A stretch of DNA of 54,548 nt from an uncultured Piscirickettsiaceae bacterium (GTDB lineage Bacteria; Pseudomonadota; Gammaproteobacteria; GCF-002020875), in the NCBI GenBank assembly GCA_964654355.1, contig CAZZIQ010000002.1, forward strand, positions 1 through 54,548, written 5' to 3'. Below the pieces are notes generated by a model. The model made no database searches, was not told the origin of the DNA, and was given only the letters and a program-made list of their open reading frames with translations. A program made the position numbers and the translations under genes. Numbering within the stretch: the first letter of the stretch is position 1; every line of letters starts with the position of its first letter. Shown here piece after piece: positions 50,748-54,548 of this stretch.

Positions 50748-51257
50748 ATGATGGCACAGGTTTACGTTGGTGTTGGCAGCAATATCGCGCGCGAGCAGAA
50801 CATTCGTGCCGGCGTGGCGGCGATGCGTACCGTATTTGGAGGGATGCAGATTTCCCCAATGTATGAAACGCCAGCGATGGGATTTGTTGGTGACCCGTTT
50901 TACAACTTGGTTGTGCTTTTTGAAACGGAGTTGGATGCGCGTGCCGTTAAGAAAGAATTGGATCAAATCGAGCAGACTTACGGGCGCGATCGTTCGGCTG
51001 CGAAATTTTCCGCACGCACACTGGATCTCGATTTGTTGCTATGGGATGACATTGATCTGCATGCGGAGGGCCTGGATGTGCCGCGGCATGAGATCTTGAA
51101 ATATGCCTTTGTCTTGGGACCACTCGCGGAGCTGGCACCTGAGGGACAACATCCTCAGAGCGGCGCGAGCTTTGCGTCTCTCTGGGCGAGGATGCAACAA
51201 GAGGATCCCGTGCAGGTGCAATCATTGCGGCCCGTTGTGTTGGAAATGGGCGTTTAG
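50748..51257 (+). CDS. folK: 2-amino-4-hydroxy-6-hydroxymethyldihydropteridine diphosphokinase (HPPK)
   Basis: VGVGSNI...ISPMYETPA...FYNLVV...RTLDLDLLLWDD motifs. Confidence 0.9.
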   Translation: MMAQVYVGVGSNIAREQNIRAGVAAMRTVFGGMQISPMYETPAMGFVGDPFYNLVVLFETELDARAVKKELDQIEQTYGRDRSAAKFSARTLDLDLLLWDDIDLHAEGLDVPRHEILKYAFVLGPLAELAPEGQHPQSGASFASLWARMQQEDPVQVQSLRPVVLEMGV

Positions 51258-51991
51258 TGGGTGAGGCTGCGGCCGCCATCGACGGCAAGGATTTGCCCCG
51301 TCACATAGCGCGCATCGAGCGCTAGAAAACACACGGTTTTAGCGATGTCGTTGGGTTCACCTTTTCGACCTAAGACTACGCGTTCCAGCATGGCGCTTTT
51401 TTCAGTATCGCTGAGTTCGCGTTCCGGCCAAAGAATGATGCCGGGCGCGACGGCATTCACCCGCACCTCTGGCCCCAATTCAATTGCGAGCGAGCGAGTC
51501 AGCATGGCAAGGCCCGCTTTTGCGACGCTATATACTGGATGTCCGTGCAGGGGTTTCTCTGCATGAATGTCCACCATATTCACGATGCTGCCACTGCCCG
51601 CCTTCAGGCTCGGCGCTAAGGCTTGCGAGAGAAACAAAGGCGCCCGCAGATTGCTGCCGATGAGGTCATCCCAGTGCGTCGATGTAATGCTGCCGACGGG
51701 TGTGGGGTAGTACGTGGAAGCATTGTTGATTAACACATCAACGCGGCCCCAAGCTTGGAGCGCTGCGTGCGCAAGTTGTTCGATGGCGGTGAGGTCCAGT
51801 AGGTCCGCGGCAAGTGTGCGCGCAGAATCGTGGTGTAAGGCGTTCAGCTCTGCGGCTAGCGCATCAGCGGACGTGCTTGAGCTTCGGTAGTGAATCAGTA
51901 CGCGCAGACCGGCCTGATGAAGGTGGCGTGCGATCTCTGCGCCAAGACGATGCGCAGCGCCGGTAATTAATGCCACGCGGCGTTCAGACAT
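51254..51991 (-). CDS. Short-chain dehydrogenase, pteridine reductase-like
   Basis: TGAAHRLG cofactor motif, NNASTYYPTP, and catalytic YSVAK. It is adjacent to folB/folK. Confidence 0.75.
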   Translation of the reverse strand: MSERRVALITGAAHRLGAEIARHLHQAGLRVLIHYRSSSTSADALAAELNALHHDSARTLAADLLDLTAIEQLAHAALQAWGRVDVLINNASTYYPTPVGSITSTHWDDLIGSNLRAPLFLSQALAPSLKAGSGSIVNMVDIHAEKPLHGHPVYSVAKAGLAMLTRSLAIELGPEVRVNAVAPGIILWPERELSDTEKSAMLERVVLGRKGEPNDIAKTVCFLALDARYVTGQILAVDGGRSLTH

Positions 51992-52005
51992 GAGAATATC
52001 CTTTT

Positions 52006-53184
52006 ATGAGTGCGTCAGATTTCACGTTTCCGCAACCGAGCATAGAAGCCCAAACCCACAGCGCCCGCGTGCTGCGTTTTATTCGCGCGCAAATCGAAGC
52101 GGCGGGCGGCAGTATTTCGTTTGCGCAATACATGGCGCAAGCATTGTATGCGCCGGGACTGGGTTACTACAGCGCGGGTGCGCATAAGTTTGGTGAGGCC
52201 GGTGACTTTGTGACGGCGCCGGAGATCAGTCCGCTATTTGGCAAGACCATCGCCCAGCAGATTCAGCCTCTGTTGGCCCAGCTCGATGCACCCAGTGTGC
52301 TGGAATTGGGTGCAGGCACTGGCGCGATGGCAGCGCAAATTTTGCAGACCTTAGCAGCACACGACGCGCTTCCCGAAGCCTATTGGATCTTGGAGCCGAG
52401 TGCCGAATTACAGCAGCGTCAGCAACAGCAGCTTAGGGAGGTGTTGTCGCCTGAGGTTTTTGGGCGTGTGCAGTGGTTGCAGCAGATCCCAGATGAATCC
52501 TTTGCGGGTGTGGTCTTGGGGAATGAAGTGATCGATGCCTTGCCTTGCGCGCTGATCGAGAAGACCAATGAGGGCATTCTTGAGCGTGCGGTGGCATGGA
52601 ACGACGAGGCATTGGCGTGGACAACGCGCCCGCTGACGACTGCCCTTGCGGAAGCATTGGAACATATCCCGCAGTCCATTCGTGACGCGTGGCCAGTTGG
52701 CTATGTCAGTGAGCTGCGTATCGCGTTGCGCGATTGGTTGGCTGCTCTTTCTGCGCCGTTACAGCAAGGTGCGATGGTGTGGATCGACTATGGCTATGGT
52801 CAGCGTGAGTACTACCATCCGGAGCGAACACAAGGCACGTTGCGATGTTTCTATCGCCATCGCGCACATGAAGATCCGTTTCTTTGGCCGGGTCTGCAAG
52901 ACATTACGGCACATGTCGACTTCACGGATCTTGCGCAAGCGGCACATGCGGAAGATCTTGAAGTCGCTGGCTATACCACCCAAGCCAGTTTCTTATTGGC
53001 CGGTGGGCTCTTGGATCTGACGGCGCACACCACAGATGCACGCGTGCTGGCGGAACAGTCGCGTGCATTGCAGGTGTTGCTCATGCCCGGACAAATGGGT
53101 GAATTGATTAAGGTTCTGGCGCTTGTCCGCGGCATAGAATTACCCGCACATTTTGCTGAGACAGATTTGCGGCGTCAGTTGTAA
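52006..53184 (+). CDS. Class I SAM-dependent methyltransferase, MidA/NDUFAF7 (DUF185) family
   Basis: GDFVTAPEISPLFG and LELGAGTGAMA motifs, about 390 aa. Confidence 0.8.
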   Translation: MSASDFTFPQPSIEAQTHSARVLRFIRAQIEAAGGSISFAQYMAQALYAPGLGYYSAGAHKFGEAGDFVTAPEISPLFGKTIAQQIQPLLAQLDAPSVLELGAGTGAMAAQILQTLAAHDALPEAYWILEPSAELQQRQQQQLREVLSPEVFGRVQWLQQIPDESFAGVVLGNEVIDALPCALIEKTNEGILERAVAWNDEALAWTTRPLTTALAEALEHIPQSIRDAWPVGYVSELRIALRDWLAALSAPLQQGAMVWIDYGYGQREYYHPERTQGTLRCFYRHRAHEDPFLWPGLQDITAHVDFTDLAQAAHAEDLEVAGYTTQASFLLAGGLLDLTAHTTDARVLAEQSRALQVLLMPGQMGELIKVLALVRGIELPAHFAETDLRRQL

Positions 53185-53203
53185 AACCCTAACGAGAATT
53201 CCT

Positions 53204-54001
53204 ATGGAATGGATTCAGATTGTCAGCCTCGCCATCGTGCAAGGTTTGACCGAGTTTCTGCCGATCTCCAGTTCGGCGCACTTGGTTTTGGTGCCGTCGC
53301 TGACCGGTTGGCCCGATCAGGGCTTGGCGTTTGATGTGGCCGTGCATGTGGGTAGCTTGTTGGCCGTGCTGTTGGTGTTTCGCCAAGAAGTCGTGCGCAT
53401 GTTGCTTGCGTTCTTTTCTTCTGTGCGTGGGCGTGGATTCAACGATGACGCCAAGTTAGCTTGGGCTGTTGGGTTTGCCACCATTCCGGTTGGGTTGGCC
53501 GGCTTGCTTTTCGGTGATTGGATTGAGCAAAACCTACGATCCATCCAGGTTTTGGCATGGGCCACGATTGGTTTTGGTCTATTGCTTGGCATTGCCGATC
53601 GTTGGCGTCGCGGCAGGCGCACGGAGCTTCAGTTGCGTGTGGGTGATGTGTTGTGGATTGGTTTGGCGCAAGCCTTGGCCTTGATTCCGGGCACGTCGCG
53701 CTCGGGAATTACCATGACTGCAGCCTTGTTCTTGGGGTTCTCGCGTCAGGCAGCTGCGCGCTTCTCGTTCTTATTGTCGATCCCCGTCATTCTGTTAGCG
53801 GGCGGTTTGGAAGCCAAGAAGCTGGTCGACAGTGCAGTGTCAGTGGATTGGTCTGCGCTGTTTTGGGGTGTGGCGTTTTCTGCCATCAGTGCATGGGCGT
53901 GTATTCGCCTCTTCCTCAACTTGATCGAGCGGATCGGCATGGCGCCTTTTGTTGCCTATCGTGTTGTGCTTGGCGGTCTCTTGTTGATGGTGTTGGTTTA
54001 G
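53204..54001 (+). CDS. uppP: Undecaprenyl-diphosphate phosphatase
   Basis: Start trimmed to MEWIQIVSLAIVQGLTEFLPISSSAHL. The PGTSRSGITM motif is present. 265 aa polytopic. Confidence 0.93.
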   Translation: MEWIQIVSLAIVQGLTEFLPISSSAHLVLVPSLTGWPDQGLAFDVAVHVGSLLAVLLVFRQEVVRMLLAFFSSVRGRGFNDDAKLAWAVGFATIPVGLAGLLFGDWIEQNLRSIQVLAWATIGFGLLLGIADRWRRGRRTELQLRVGDVLWIGLAQALALIPGTSRSGITMTAALFLGFSRQAAARFSFLLSIPVILLAGGLEAKKLVDSAVSVDWSALFWGVAFSAISAWACIRLFLNLIERIGMAPFVAYRVVLGGLLLMVLV

Positions 54002-54548
54002 CGCACGAGTCTCCAACATTGGTGAATGCGTGGGTTGCGTTTGAAGTCTTCGGGGAGTGTTTCCATGTTCCAATCTTCAATCTGAAAATCGGCCAGCGCG
54101 TCTTGATCAAGCTTGAAACGGCGCAAGTTGGTAGAAAAGATGAGTGCTCCGTTCTCTCTGAGCAGATTCATGCAGTCTTGAATCAGTTCGACGTGGTCTC
54201 GTTGAATGTCGAGCACGCCTTCCATTCGTTTTGAATTCGAGAAACTAGGCGGATCCAGAAAGATTGCGTCAAAGCGTTCTCTACTTTGTTTGGCCTTGTG
54301 TAACCAGTCACGCACATCTGCCTGAATCAGGCGGTGTTTCGCGCCCGGCTGCATGCCATTGAGGTGAAGGTTTTCTGCGGCCCAGTCTAGATAGGTGTTA
54401 GAGAGATCCACGCTGGTGGTGCTACGTGCCCCATGAATTGCGGCTAGCACGCTTGCACTTGCGGTATAGCAAAAAAGATTGAGCACATCCCGGTCTTTCG
54501 CGCGCGCAGCGAAGCGGGCGCGGGTGATGCGGTGATCGAGAAACAGTC
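53998..54548 (-). CDS. rlmL: 23S rRNA methyltransferase RlmL/RlmKL, C-terminal part; the 5' end lies beyond the window
   Basis: The frame stays open to the window edge. LFLDHRITRA...VLNLFCYTASASV...STTSVDLSNTYLDWAAENLHLNG...FDAIFLDPPSFSNSKRMEGVLDIQRDH...NPRIHQCWRL is collinear with the E. coli RlmL C-terminus from memory. Confidence 0.85.
   Translation of the reverse strand, partial: LFLDHRITRARFAARAKDRDVLNLFCYTASASVLAAIHGARSTTSVDLSNTYLDWAAENLHLNGMQPGAKHRLIQADVRDWLHKAKQSRERFDAIFLDPPSFSNSKRMEGVLDIQRDHVELIQDCMNLLRENGALIFSTNLRRFKLDQDALADFQIEDWNMETLPEDFKRNPRIHQCWRLVR

Overview
This is a gene-dense, mid-GC chromosomal core segment of a proteobacterium. I call about 55 protein genes and one tRNA. 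No rRNA, CRISPR array, IS element, transposase or integrase is visible.

The gene order matches conserved gammaproteobacterial synteny blocks:
- ccoNOQP plus ccoG/fixH
- dtd-pip-metH
- def-fmt-rsmB-(DUF4390-like-ntrY-ntrX)-trkA-trkH
- dprA-smg-topA
- gltBD
- pilM-N-(O/P)-Q-aroK-aroB
- tsaD, diverging from the rpsU-yqeY-dnaG-rpoD-tRNA block
- plsY / folB-folK / uppP

Many ORF-track entries are antisense shadow ORFs or carry N-terminal over-extensions. I trimmed starts where a conserved N-terminus, a ribosome-binding site or an ATGA-type coupling junction was visible.

I do not see a convincing multi-gene novel system such as a defence, toxin or secretion island. The observations most worth a second look are:
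1. A single ORF that appears to fuse PilO-like and PilP-like modules and has no lipobox.
2. A small accessory islet (about 41.9-43.8 kb) next to a tRNA-Ile2-like gene. It carries a 21-nt duplicate of the tRNA 3' end, a very AT-rich spacer, a strongly signalled small secreted GY-repeat protein, an ICMT-family membrane methyltransferase and an excisionase-type HTH/coiled-coil protein.
3. A MetH that ends at the cobalamin domain and lacks the AdoMet reactivation domain.
4. Two translationally coupled unknown genes after topA.
5. A cco accessory cluster that lacks ccoI/ccoS and contains an extra small membrane protein.

All functional calls come from reading motifs and synteny by eye. No database search was run.
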